Assembly: GCA_041630955.1 (NCBI GenBank)
Contig: JBFKKS010000002.1
Span: 1-32,240 of the forward strand
Direction: 5' to 3'
DNA: 32,240 nt
Source: Nevskiales bacterium
Lineage (GTDB): Bacteria > Pseudomonadota > Gammaproteobacteria > Nevskiales > CAJXLF01
Both the position numbers and the translations under genes were made by a program. The notes below the pieces were generated by a model. It saw only the letters and a list, made by a program, of their open reading frames with translations. It was not told the DNA's origin and ran no database searches. Shown piece after piece: positions 22,412-31,700 of the stretch. Every line of letters starts with the position of its first letter. The first letter of the stretch is position 1.

Positions 22412-23356
22412 ATGCAAATTCTACTAGCCAACCCCCGTGGATTCTGCGCTGGCGTTGATCGTGCCATAGAGATTGTCGAGCGCGCATTAGACAGCCTGGA
22501 ACCGCCGATCTATGTACGCCACGAGGTGGTACACAATCGTTTTGTGGTGGATAGACTGCGTGAGAAAGGCGCTATCTTCGTTGAGGAGGTAGATGAGGTG
22601 CCGAAAGGGGCAACCGTTATCTTCAGTGCGCATGGTGTTTCACAGGCGGTGCGCGAACAGGCGGAAGCCCGCGATCTGACCGTATTTGATGCGACCTGCC
22701 CGTTGGTCACCAAGGTCCATATCGAAGTGACGCGCTATGCGCGCGAGGGCCGCGATGTAGTGTTGATCGGCCATGCCGGTCATCCCGAGGTCGAGGGCAC
22801 CATGGGCCAGTTTGATCACGCACATGGAGGGCATATTCATCTGGTGGAAACCCCTGAAGACGTGGCAACGATGAACGCGCACAATCCCGAGCATATGGCC
22901 TACGTGACACAGACCACGCTATCGATGGATGACACCGCGCGGGTGATTGATGCCCTGCGGCTACGCTTCCCCAGGATAGAAGGCCCGCGTAAGGACGACA
23001 TCTGTTATGCCACCCAGAACAGGCAGGATGCCGTTAAAGAACTGACCGAGAAATGTGATGTGCTGATTGTGGTTGGCTCACGCAACAGTTCCAATTCTAA
23101 TCGCCTGCGCGAGATCGCTGAACAGCGCGGCAAGCCTGGTTACCTGGTGGATGGCCCCGAAGACATCAATCCAGCCTGGCTGGAAGGGGCGGATGCAGTT
23201 GGCGTAACCGCCGGTGCTTCGGCACCGGAAGTGCTGGTCAAGCAGGTGATCGGCAGATTGCAAACCCTGGGCGGCGTGGCCGCTGAAGAATTGCCTGGTC
23301 GAACCGAGAACATAGTGTTTTCCCTGCCGCGAGCGTTGCAACGCGATACGGCCTGA
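22412..23356 (+). CDS. ispH: 4-hydroxy-3-methylbut-2-enyl diphosphate reductase
   Basis: 314 aa. The three Fe-S cysteines sit in [16 protein letters not shown] and [16 protein letters not shown] is also present. Confidence 0.96.
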   Translation: MQILLANPRGFCAGVDRAIEIVERALDSLEPPIYVRHEVVHNRFVVDRLREKGAIFVEEVDEVPKGATVIFSAHGVSQAVREQAEARDLTVFDATCPLVTKVHIEVTRYAREGRDVVLIGHAGHPEVEGTMGQFDHAHGGHIHLVETPEDVATMNAHNPEHMAYVTQTTLSMDDTARVIDALRLRFPRIEGPRKDDICYATQNRQDAVKELTEKCDVLIVVGSRNSSNSNRLREIAEQRGKPGYLVDGPEDINPAWLEGADAVGVTAGASAPEVLVKQVIGRLQTLGGVAAEELPGRTENIVFSLPRALQRDTA

Positions 23357-23363
23357 TCGAGCA

Positions 23364-24464
23364 TTGGCAGCGACTCACTACGACACCGTCATCATTGGCG
23401 GGGGAATCATCGGGCTGTTTACCGCCTGGGAATTGGCTACGGCCGGGCACTCCGTGTGTGTCATCGAACGTGGAGACATGGGGGGCGAGGCCTCCTGGGC
23501 AGCAGGCGGTATTCTTTCTCCACTGCGCCCGTGGACATACCCCGAGCCGGTCAATACCTTGGCCCTGTGGAGTCAAGGCCGCTATGAATCCATCTGCGAC
23601 CAGCTTCAGGCACACAGCGGGGTTGATAGCGAATGGCACAACTGTGGCATGCTGGTGCTGGACTGCCCCGAGCATACCTCGGCCGTGGAGTGGGCAGGCC
23701 GGCACTCGGTTCGTATTGAAACCCTGACGACGAGCAACCTGTGCAAGGCTTTTCCGGAACTGGCTGGAACCAACCCGGCAGCCTCAGGCCCGGCATGCTG
23801 GCTGCCTGATGTGGCACAGTTACGTAACCCTCGAATACTACAGGCACTGGTTGTGAGCCTTCGCGCGCTCGGGGTTGAGCTGCGTGAGCGAACGACTGCC
23901 AGATCACTGGAGATTACCCGCGGCAAAGTGTCGGCGGTGGTCTGTGAAGACAGCGTGGTACGCGGTGAGCAGGTTGTTGTGGCAGCAGGCGCCTGGACAT
24001 CGTCCCTGTTGCCTTGGGAGGGCAGGCAACAGGCGATCCGACCTGTGAAAGGTCAGATGATTCTGTACAAATCAGGCGCGGCATGCCTCAAGTGCATCGT
24101 ATTAAAGGGAGGGCGCTATCTGGTGCCACGCAGCGATGGCCGGCTGCTCGTGGGCAGCACAGTGGAAGAGACGGGTTTCGATCAGGCAACCGATGAAGCG
24201 ATCGCACAGGATCTCAGCTTGTTTGCAGCATCCCTCTTGCCCGGGTTGCGGGATATACCCATAGAGAAGCACTGGGCTGGCCTGCGTCCCGCGACGGTCG
24301 ATGAAATACCCGTCATAGGGCGCATGCCGCAGGTAGAGGGCCTGTATGTGAATGCAGGGCAGTTCCGGAGCGGCATCGTCACAGCACCGGCTTCGGCCAG
24401 GCTATTGGCGGATTTGATCCTGGGGCAGACACCGATTATTGACTCAGGGCCTTTTCAGGCCTGA
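23364..24464 (+). CDS. FAD-dependent oxidoreductase of the DAO family (glycine oxidase ThiO-like)
   Basis: 366 aa. The Rossmann motif is YDTVIIGGGIIGLFTAWELA. The overall layout is DAO/ThiO-like (…HWAGLRPATVDEIPVIG…NAGQFRSGI). The only in-frame start near the motif is TTG at 23364. No TPP riboswitch can fit upstream, because the gap after ispH is only 7 nt. Confidence 0.8.
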   Translation: MAATHYDTVIIGGGIIGLFTAWELATAGHSVCVIERGDMGGEASWAAGGILSPLRPWTYPEPVNTLALWSQGRYESICDQLQAHSGVDSEWHNCGMLVLDCPEHTSAVEWAGRHSVRIETLTTSNLCKAFPELAGTNPAASGPACWLPDVAQLRNPRILQALVVSLRALGVELRERTTARSLEITRGKVSAVVCEDSVVRGEQVVVAAGAWTSSLLPWEGRQQAIRPVKGQMILYKSGAACLKCIVLKGGRYLVPRSDGRLLVGSTVEETGFDQATDEAIAQDLSLFAASLLPGLRDIPIEKHWAGLRPATVDEIPVIGRMPQVEGLYVNAGQFRSGIVTAPASARLLADLILGQTPIIDSGPFQA

Positions 24465-24637
24465 TGTTGCCAACTGGCCGTGCTGCCAGGGGCGCGGTTA
24501 CCCGTGTTTTTCCTTTCCTGCAGGAGCACTGCGGGCAGGGCGGTAGAAATGACGCCCAACTCGAATCTTGACTCGATCAGGTTAAAGCAGGCGCTCCGGT
24601 CGAGGTATGGGTAACGGCTGGTGCCTGCATCGCTGTC

Positions 24638-27600
24638 CTAGTTGGGAGAGCCCGGGTCTTCAATCTGATACCAGAAAGTACGCTCGGTGCTGCTTGAACC
24701 AATCGGTTTGAATTTGGGCCCGAGTAACACCTGCCCGGGTGGCACGGGTACCGGATCGGTCGGAATGCCCGGGGGCAGCTCATCCGTGGTGACAAAAATG
24801 CGGTCCTGCGCACACAAGCCCTCGTCGTTATTGCAGCTGCCATCATTGGACTCATCATTGTTAAAGGCAGCCCCACCGTTATCCAGGCGCACTGCATAGG
24901 CCAGTCCGCCACCCTCTTTGGGCAGGCAGGCCCCCGGGTTAGTGCCCGCATTCGGCAGGTAGGTGGTAAAAAAGATGACATCATTGGCAATCAATGGCGA
25001 AGACAGGACTTTCTCACCGTCTGTAATTGCTGTTTCACCCAAACTGAGGAACCAGCCATTGGTCAGATCGGGAGGAGTGCCACCACAAGTGGCTTCCTGC
25101 AGGCAGTTGTTCGTAATATCACCCAGTTCATTTTCACTGAGCTTGATGGGCAATATGCCAGTCGGGTCTACCAGCGTTCCCGTCGAGCTGTCAAAAGCGA
25201 ATCTGTCCTTGATGACGAATAGCTTGTTTTCATCAACATTTTCCTTCGGATAGGCGCGATCACCCGAGCCCAGTACGATATGCCATGTCTGCAGGTCCCC
25301 GCCGAGCTGTGCCACATCAACACCGTGAAAGAAACGCCGGTCTCTGGGGTTGCCGCCGCCATCGTACCGGCCCAGATCGGCCAGTAGCGTAACAGCCCAT
25401 TTATTCCGCAGATCCGAGGTGCTCTCAGGCAGGTCGACACGCCACAACCTGCCACCGGTATCGGGCACATAGGCACGGTCAACCACGCCATTATTATTGG
25501 CATCGATGAGCCCCATTTCGGCCGGAATGCTGTCCTTTAGTTGACTGCTCTCAAAGCGGGTCGCGGTGGGGGCAGCCGGGGCGGCATCGTACACAGCCTT
25601 CCAGATCAGTTGGCCGGTTGCCGCATTCAGGATGTAAAGCGCATTGCCCTCGCTGTCCTGGGTGCCGGGTCCGGGCCGAATGTCTTTATTAACGTCGTAG
25701 CCACCCGCCACGAAGACGGCAGGTACAGCAGCGGCGCCGTACTGGACGTGCCCTATACGTACCGAAGAAAAAGTCAGCCCCAGTTCTTCGGTTTCAGTAC
25801 CCGGGTCGCTGTTCACGGACCACAGCATTTTGGGCACATCCGGGTCACTGATGTCCAGAGAATAGTAGGACTTGCCACCGCGCCGCAGGCCGAAATAGGC
25901 CCATGCCTTGTCTGTTCCGCTGATGGTGCCGTCGTTGCCATCATCCTTGAGGATACTGACGGTACCATCGACACCATAGGGATGCGTTGCTGCAACCTCG
26001 TTTAGAAGCAGGGTTTTTGCACCCCCTAAGGTCTCAAGCGGGAGAAAAGCCCATGCCTCTGAGCCGTCGGGTGTGGCGCTGGGGGTGGAGTTTTTGAACA
26101 TGTGCAGGACGCCATGATTGGTCCCGGTGAGAATGCGTATGTCCTGATTATTCAGCGTATAGGGCCCACGGGCGCCGTAGTTAATGACCTGGGGTCTTGA
26201 ATGCAGGATATCGCCCACCAGCCAGCGGCGAACCTCGGTCACATCACCGTTGATGTTTTCGTCGTTACTGTCCTGGCCGCGCAGCCAGCGCATGATCTTC
26301 AGTGCCTCGTCGACATCGGCTGCGCCCAGCTTTGCCTGCAAGTCGGCGGCTGTGGTGGTATCGCTGCTGTCTGCGTTGAACGGCCTCAGCGCGGTAGGGG
26401 TGCCATTGTTGGGCGCGCTGCCATTGCTGGGGTAGGCCGCCGGTTCGGTGTACATTTTCCTGGCACCGGTGTCATTGTTGTCATCGCCGGGGTTGCCGGA
26501 CAAAAAGCCGGCAATTTGCTGGCCGGCACCACCGCGATTCACGGATCGTCCATCCTTGCCGGAAATTTCGCCTTCATCGAGTATGAAGGGCTCGGTCTCC
26601 GGATCAGTGGGCGCGACGTCCTCGCCATTGGGGTCAGTCCAGTAAGTCAGTGCATCAAACTTGAAGCGGTTGTCTGCTGCGATCGCGCTCAGATCATTGA
26701 CATCAACCAGTTGACTGGTCGACTGGCCGTTGTCTGGATCGACGATTTCTTTTTTGCGCAGACGCTTGATATTGCCACGCCAGTTGGGCTTGTTATCAGG
26801 GTCCAGCTGGAACAGGGCAAAGTACACGTTATCCAGCACTTCGGCACGGTTAAAGGCGTTAACGGGCAGGTTGGCCGATACGAAGGTTGTACTCACACTT
26901 AAAATTTCATTGAGTGTGCTTTTAAGCGCATCGATGACAATCTGCGGGTCATCCGCTTTCAGATTGATGGCGGTACCGGTGCCACCGACGCGAGCAAGCT
27001 CGTTTACTTCATTTTGATTGCTGCCATCAAAGATAAAGTAGGACGTAACGTTCTGTTTTCCTGACAGATCAGGTGTGCCGAGGTCGGGATCAGCCAGGTC
27101 TGTTTTATGCAGAAAATCAATGACGGTTCTGAATTTTTCAGTATCGCTTCGGGGCAGGCTGATATTCATGCCATCCTGGGCCAGAGGCGCTTCTATCTCG
27201 CTGCTTGAGTCCTGACCATCCTGGGAGTTACCAAAGTAGAGATTGATGGTATACAGCTTCGTGCAATCACCGGCGCTGGTCAGTGGGGAGACATAGCGAA
27301 AATCATTGGCACCTGGTGTGCCGACTTCTACCGTAGTAGAGCGGTCAAAGCAGGCTTCGCGGGTTGTTGTATTCGTCTCCCAGCAACGCATCATGTTACT
27401 GCTGTCACTGTTTTTTTCGAAATCATGCCAGCCGTTATGGCCGTTATGGACAAGGCCGCCTAACAGGTAACGGTAGAACTCGTAAAAGAGTTCGACGCCC
27501 TGGTACTTGTGGTCAGCGCAACTGCTGTCAGAGTTGGTGCCGGGGCCACAGGTGGCGGCGGTTTTCTGGCGTTTCAGGGCCAGCAGCTTTCGGTGGAATT

Positions 27601-28114
27601 TGTCATGCGCGATGCTGTCGGTATTGCTGAGCAATTCAAAGCCCTGCAGGATGAAACCGCCGTTGCTGCACCGACGGTTAGCTGCACGGCCCCAGCCGAA
27701 TTCGGGCCCCACGCCCCGGCACTGGCCTGTGGTGGTTTCTGAATGGGGCATCATCAGGCCGACCTTGATGCCGCTGATATCCACCAGAACGATCTTAAGG
27801 GCCAGGCGCAGCACGTCAAAGAAATAGAGCTTTTTCGTGACATCAATGCCCTCGTCGGCAAGCACGATGCCCCGGTCACGGAAGTATTGGGCTTCCGGGC
27901 AGTAAGTGCTGCCATTGAAAATCAGGCTGCAGTTGCCAAACTGGGCGAGCAGGTTGGATCTGAAATCGATACTGAACATCACCAACGGTTCGCCGCCAGG
28001 CGCTTGTCCGGGGTTGGTATAGATATCGGTATCGTCGGCCTGCAGTGCGGCCGTGAAAAGCCCTAGGCCAAAAACCAGGGAAGTCAATAGGGATTTGTAG
28101 TACAAACGAGTCAT
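24638..28114 (-). CDS. pilY1: PilY1/PilC-family type IV pilus tip-associated adhesin/biogenesis protein, paralogue A
   Basis: 1158 aa. The Sec signal peptide reads ...LFTAALQA|DDTDIY. The N-terminal region is divergent and Cys-rich. The C-terminal region has PilY1 beta-propeller-type blocks (FGLRRGGKSYYSLD, DRAYVPDTGGRLWR, GEKVLSSPLIANDV, ERTFWYQIED). It carries the D-x-N-x-N-x-V-x-D loop (DANNNGVVD), which matches the Ca-binding loop described for P. aeruginosa PilY1. The start is ATG at 28114 or TTG at 28105, and the latter has better SD spacing. Confidence 0.9.
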   Translation of the reverse strand: MTRLYYKSLLTSLVFGLGLFTAALQADDTDIYTNPGQAPGGEPLVMFSIDFRSNLLAQFGNCSLIFNGSTYCPEAQYFRDRGIVLADEGIDVTKKLYFFDVLRLALKIVLVDISGIKVGLMMPHSETTTGQCRGVGPEFGWGRAANRRCSNGGFILQGFELLSNTDSIAHDKFHRKLLALKRQKTAATCGPGTNSDSSCADHKYQGVELFYEFYRYLLGGLVHNGHNGWHDFEKNSDSSNMMRCWETNTTTREACFDRSTTVEVGTPGANDFRYVSPLTSAGDCTKLYTINLYFGNSQDGQDSSSEIEAPLAQDGMNISLPRSDTEKFRTVIDFLHKTDLADPDLGTPDLSGKQNVTSYFIFDGSNQNEVNELARVGGTGTAINLKADDPQIVIDALKSTLNEILSVSTTFVSANLPVNAFNRAEVLDNVYFALFQLDPDNKPNWRGNIKRLRKKEIVDPDNGQSTSQLVDVNDLSAIAADNRFKFDALTYWTDPNGEDVAPTDPETEPFILDEGEISGKDGRSVNRGGAGQQIAGFLSGNPGDDNNDTGARKMYTEPAAYPSNGSAPNNGTPTALRPFNADSSDTTTAADLQAKLGAADVDEALKIMRWLRGQDSNDENINGDVTEVRRWLVGDILHSRPQVINYGARGPYTLNNQDIRILTGTNHGVLHMFKNSTPSATPDGSEAWAFLPLETLGGAKTLLLNEVAATHPYGVDGTVSILKDDGNDGTISGTDKAWAYFGLRRGGKSYYSLDISDPDVPKMLWSVNSDPGTETEELGLTFSSVRIGHVQYGAAAVPAVFVAGGYDVNKDIRPGPGTQDSEGNALYILNAATGQLIWKAVYDAAPAAPTATRFESSQLKDSIPAEMGLIDANNNGVVDRAYVPDTGGRLWRVDLPESTSDLRNKWAVTLLADLGRYDGGGNPRDRRFFHGVDVAQLGGDLQTWHIVLGSGDRAYPKENVDENKLFVIKDRFAFDSSTGTLVDPTGILPIKLSENELGDITNNCLQEATCGGTPPDLTNGWFLSLGETAITDGEKVLSSPLIANDVIFFTTYLPNAGTNPGACLPKEGGGLAYAVRLDNGGAAFNNDESNDGSCNNDEGLCAQDRIFVTTDELPPGIPTDPVPVPPGQVLLGPKFKPIGSSSTERTFWYQIEDPGSPN

Positions 28115-28247
28115 CCTTAACCGTCAATAGCAGAACAGATAAGGAGACTTTCAGGACTATGGGGGCATCCTGTCAAGCGGCTGACGCCGGCCGCGCCGGG
28201 CGGCCCACGCGAAGTTGTTGATTATTAGTAAATAAGCTGGGAAAGCG

Positions 28248-28265
28248 CGGTTTCCTCAGAAACCG
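28248..28265 (-). terminator. Weak hairpin just downstream of pilE-like stop (possible partial terminator)
   Basis: On the minus strand the sequence is CGGTTTC-tgag-GAAACCG (7 bp), beginning 5 nt after the TAA. It is followed only by cgcTTTccc, so the U-tract is poor. Confidence 0.3.
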
Positions 28266-28269
28266 GTTA

Positions 28270-28767
28270 TTACCAGCATTTTTCCGTTCCTGCGGGACCG
28301 CTGGCGGATTTGACGCCCAACTGCGTGATGCTGATATTCACGCACTTGGTTTCGTCCAGTTGCCTGCCCTGGGGTATGGCGGTCGCCGTGTAGGTTGTGG
28401 TGCCGCCTGTATTGCCCAGAGTGATCTGGTAGATGCGATCGGCCGCCGTCGCTTCGTAGGCCCCCTGGTTATCGATGTAATAGGGGGTTGTCGTTGTATA
28501 ACCCAGTTGGGCCAGGCTGTCGGCATACTGCTTGTTATCGGTGAAGAACTGCTCTTGTCGAGACACGATATCGAACAGTGTATGTTTGCCAACGGCTAGA
28601 TTAGATCTCAGTACATAATCCTGGTAGGCGGGTACGGCAATCGCGGCCAGTATGGCAATCACGGCCATTACGATCATTAACTCGATCAGGGTAAAGCCAC
28701 CCGCCCCCGGCCGACAAAGCTCGGCCGGGGAGGCGGGCGTAGTATTCGTTCTTGTTATTGCGTCCAT
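28270..28767 (-). CDS. pilE: Type IV pilin, PilE-like (prepilin N-terminal cleavage/methylation domain)
   Basis: The class III signal junction is [33 protein letters not shown] with Glu+5. The body is collinear by eye with P. aeruginosa PilE (…SRQEQFF…, [12 protein letters not shown]…[13 protein letters not shown]…KCW, the C-terminal disulfide loop). It lies between the two pilY1-like genes, 25 nt after the upstream stop. Confidence 0.88.
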   Translation of the reverse strand: MDAITRTNTTPASPAELCRPGAGGFTLIELMIVMAVIAILAAIAVPAYQDYVLRSNLAVGKHTLFDIVSRQEQFFTDNKQYADSLAQLGYTTTTPYYIDNQGAYEATAADRIYQITLGNTGGTTTYTATAIPQGRQLDETKCVNISITQLGVKSASGPAGTEKCW

Positions 28768-28792
28768 TTTTTTTCCTGCTTATATCCCTGAC

Positions 28793-31700
28793 TTAATTGG
28801 GCACACCCACATCTTCTATCTGATACCAGAAGGTGCGTTCTGTATTGCTTGCGCCAATGGATTTGAACTTGGTGCCAATCAAGGTCTTGTCCGGGGGCAC
28901 AGGTACCGGGTCGGATGGAATGCCGGGCGGCATTTCACCCACGGGCACGAATATACGATCCTCCACACATAGCCCTTCTTCATTGCTGCAAGTCGCGTTA
29001 TTACTTTGGTCATTGTCGAAGGCGGCGCCGCCATTGTCCAAACGCACGGCATAGGCCACCCCGGCCCCTTCGTCCGGCAGGCATACGCCTGAATTGCCGT
29101 TATTGGGCAGATAGGTTGTGAAAAAGACGACGTCGTTGGCAATCAGCGGAGAAGACAGTACCTTCTCGCCCGCACCCTCACCCAGTACCAGATACCAGCC
29201 GTAGGTGAGGTCCGGCGCGACGGCACAGCCGCCTTCCTGGATACAGTTATTGGTAATATCTTCCAGGTCGGCCCGCTCAATGGGCAGCTCCCCTGGCGCG
29301 GCAACCAGCGTGCCCGTGGTCGCGTTATAGGTGAAGCTGTCCTTGATTACTGCCAGGCCATTGGCATGCGTTGTCTCCTTCGGGTGCGCCCTGTCACCGG
29401 AACCCAGGGCGATGTACCAGGTGCTGGTGTCACCACCCAGCTGTGCCACATCCACGCCATGGAAGAAGCGCCGGTCATGCTGGGCTGTATTTTCTACATG
29501 GCGCCCCAGGTCTGCGAGCAAGGTCATCGACCACTTTTGTCGTATTGACTCCGAAGAGTTGGCCGACTCAGGCAGGTCGATGCGCCATAGGCGTCCGCCT
29601 GTGTCAGGCACATAGGCGCGATCGACAATGCCGTTCGAATTGGCATCGATCAGGCCAATCTCTGCCGGGATGCTGTCCTTTAACTGGCTGCTTTCAAAGC
29701 GGGTATTGCCGGGCGTATCCGGCGTGGCGTCATAAACGGCCTTCCAGATCACCGAACCGGTTTCGGCATTCAGTATGTAGACCGCATTGCCCTCGCTGTC
29801 ATCCGTGCCAATGACGCCCGAAGCATCCTTGTTGGCGTCATAACCACCCGCCACGAATACCGCCTCGACTGCATTGGGGCCGTATTGCACCTTGCCAATG
29901 CGGACCGGCGAGAAGGTCATGCCCAGTTCCTCGGTGCCGGTGCCGGGGGCGCTGTCAACGGTCCATAACAGTTTCGGGGTGTCCGGGCTGCTCACGTCCA
30001 GCGAGTAGTAGGACTTGCCGCCGCGCCGCAGGCCAAAATAGATCCATGCGGTATCGGTACCACTGAGTTCACCATCAAACCCGTCATTGATGAGGGCGGA
30101 GACGGGGCCATCAACACCATAGGGATGATCGGCCCCAACCGTATTCAGGCGCAGTACCTTGGAGGCCCCGAGTGTCGCGCGGGGTATAAATGCCCAGGTC
30201 TCGGAACCGTCCGGGTTGCCAGTGCTCTCGTTCGAATTTCTGAACATATGCAGCACACCATGGTTGGTGCCCGTAATGATGCGCAGGTCCTGGTTGGCTT
30301 GTGTGTAGCCGCCACGTGAGCCGTAGTTGATGACGAGTGGGCGGGAATGCAGAATGTCGCCCATCAGCCAGGGCCTGACCGCGGTGCGGTCTGTGGCATT
30401 GCCACTATCCTGCCCGCGCAGCCATCGCATCAGCGAAAGCGAATGATCGACATCATCGATGTCGCCATCGGCGTCGGCATCATAATCGCCAGCCACACCC
30501 AGCACGCCGAAGTCGGCCCGAAGATCTTCCGCCGTATCCGTGTCCGTACTGTCTGCATCGAAGGCCAGCAGGCTGTCAGATGGCAACCCGTTGGTGTAGT
30601 CGCCTGGATCGGGCTCGGTAAACAGCTTACGCGCGCCTGTATCGTTATTGTCGTCACCCGGGTTGCCAGACAAAAAGCCCGGAATCTTCTGGCCGGCACC
30701 GCCACGGTCGACGGAGCGCCCATCCTTGCCTGCCACCTCGCCTTCGGTTGCATCCGCGGCCACCACATCCGCACCGGTTGGGTCGGTCCAGTAGGTCAGG
30801 GCGTCAAACTTGAAGCGGTTATCAGCCGCCACGGCATTCACGCCATTGACGTCGACCAGTAGCGAGGTGGTTTCCCCGGTGTTGGGGTCGACGTTGTCCT
30901 GTTTACGCAGTCGCTTGACGTTGCCGGACCAGTTGGGTTTGACATCCGGGTCCAGCTGGAACAAGGCAAACAACACGTTGTCGAGTACATCGGCCCGGTT
31001 AAAAGAGTTCACCGGCAGGTTAGCCGACACAAACGTGGCGCTGACACTCAGGATTTCATTGAAAATGGTTATCAACGAATCGATCAGCACATCGGGTGGT
31101 ACGTCGATTCGAATGCCGCTGCCGGTGCCGCCCGCCTGTGCATAGCCGTTGACGGTGTTCTGTTGCTGGCCGTCGTACAGGAAGTAGGAGGTGACGTTCT
31201 GCCGGCCGGCCGGATCCGTGGCCAGAAAACTGCCCAGATCGGTGCCGTGCAGGAACGCAATCATTTCGGGGTCAGTATTGATGGAAGAATCGCCCGTGCC
31301 GCCAGCATTCCTGCTGGCCTGGATCGCGTTGTCTGAATCGGCAGTTTGATTGGATTGCCCGAAGAACAGGTTGACTGTGTAGACCCGGGTACAATCTGAA
31401 ACGCCGTCCAGCGCCGCCTTGTATGTGGTTTGGCCGATTTCGATGCTGCTGTCCCAGCATGCCAGGGCCAGCAGTGGGTCTGCCGATGAGCAGCGCATGT
31501 TGGTGTTTCTGTCTACGCTGTTGCCCTGCTCGAAGTCGGTCCAGCCATTGTGTCCGTTGTAGACGTCCCCGCCGGTCAGGTAGCGGAAGAACTCGAAAAA
31601 CATTTCCCGCCCCTGATAGGAATGGTCAGCGTTACTGGAAGCCGGGGTCAATGACTTTAAGGCACGTAACTTGTTATCGAAGTTTTCGCGAGTCGTGTTG

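Noticed and set aside
24465-24637. Terminator between the convergent ThiO-like gene and pilY1-A
   Set aside because: Only 5-bp stems are present (CTGGC...GCCAG and CCTGC...GCAGG), with long loops and no adjacent U-tracts. This is not convincing.
28141-28210. Short plus-strand ORF (MGASCQAADAGRAGRPTRSC*) and a REP-like GC-rich palindrome in the pilE/pilY1-A spacer
   Set aside because: The ORF is about 20 codons with no SD and low-complexity content. The palindrome is imperfect, with a bulged G, and I did not see it repeated elsewhere in the window, so a REP/MITE call is unsupported.
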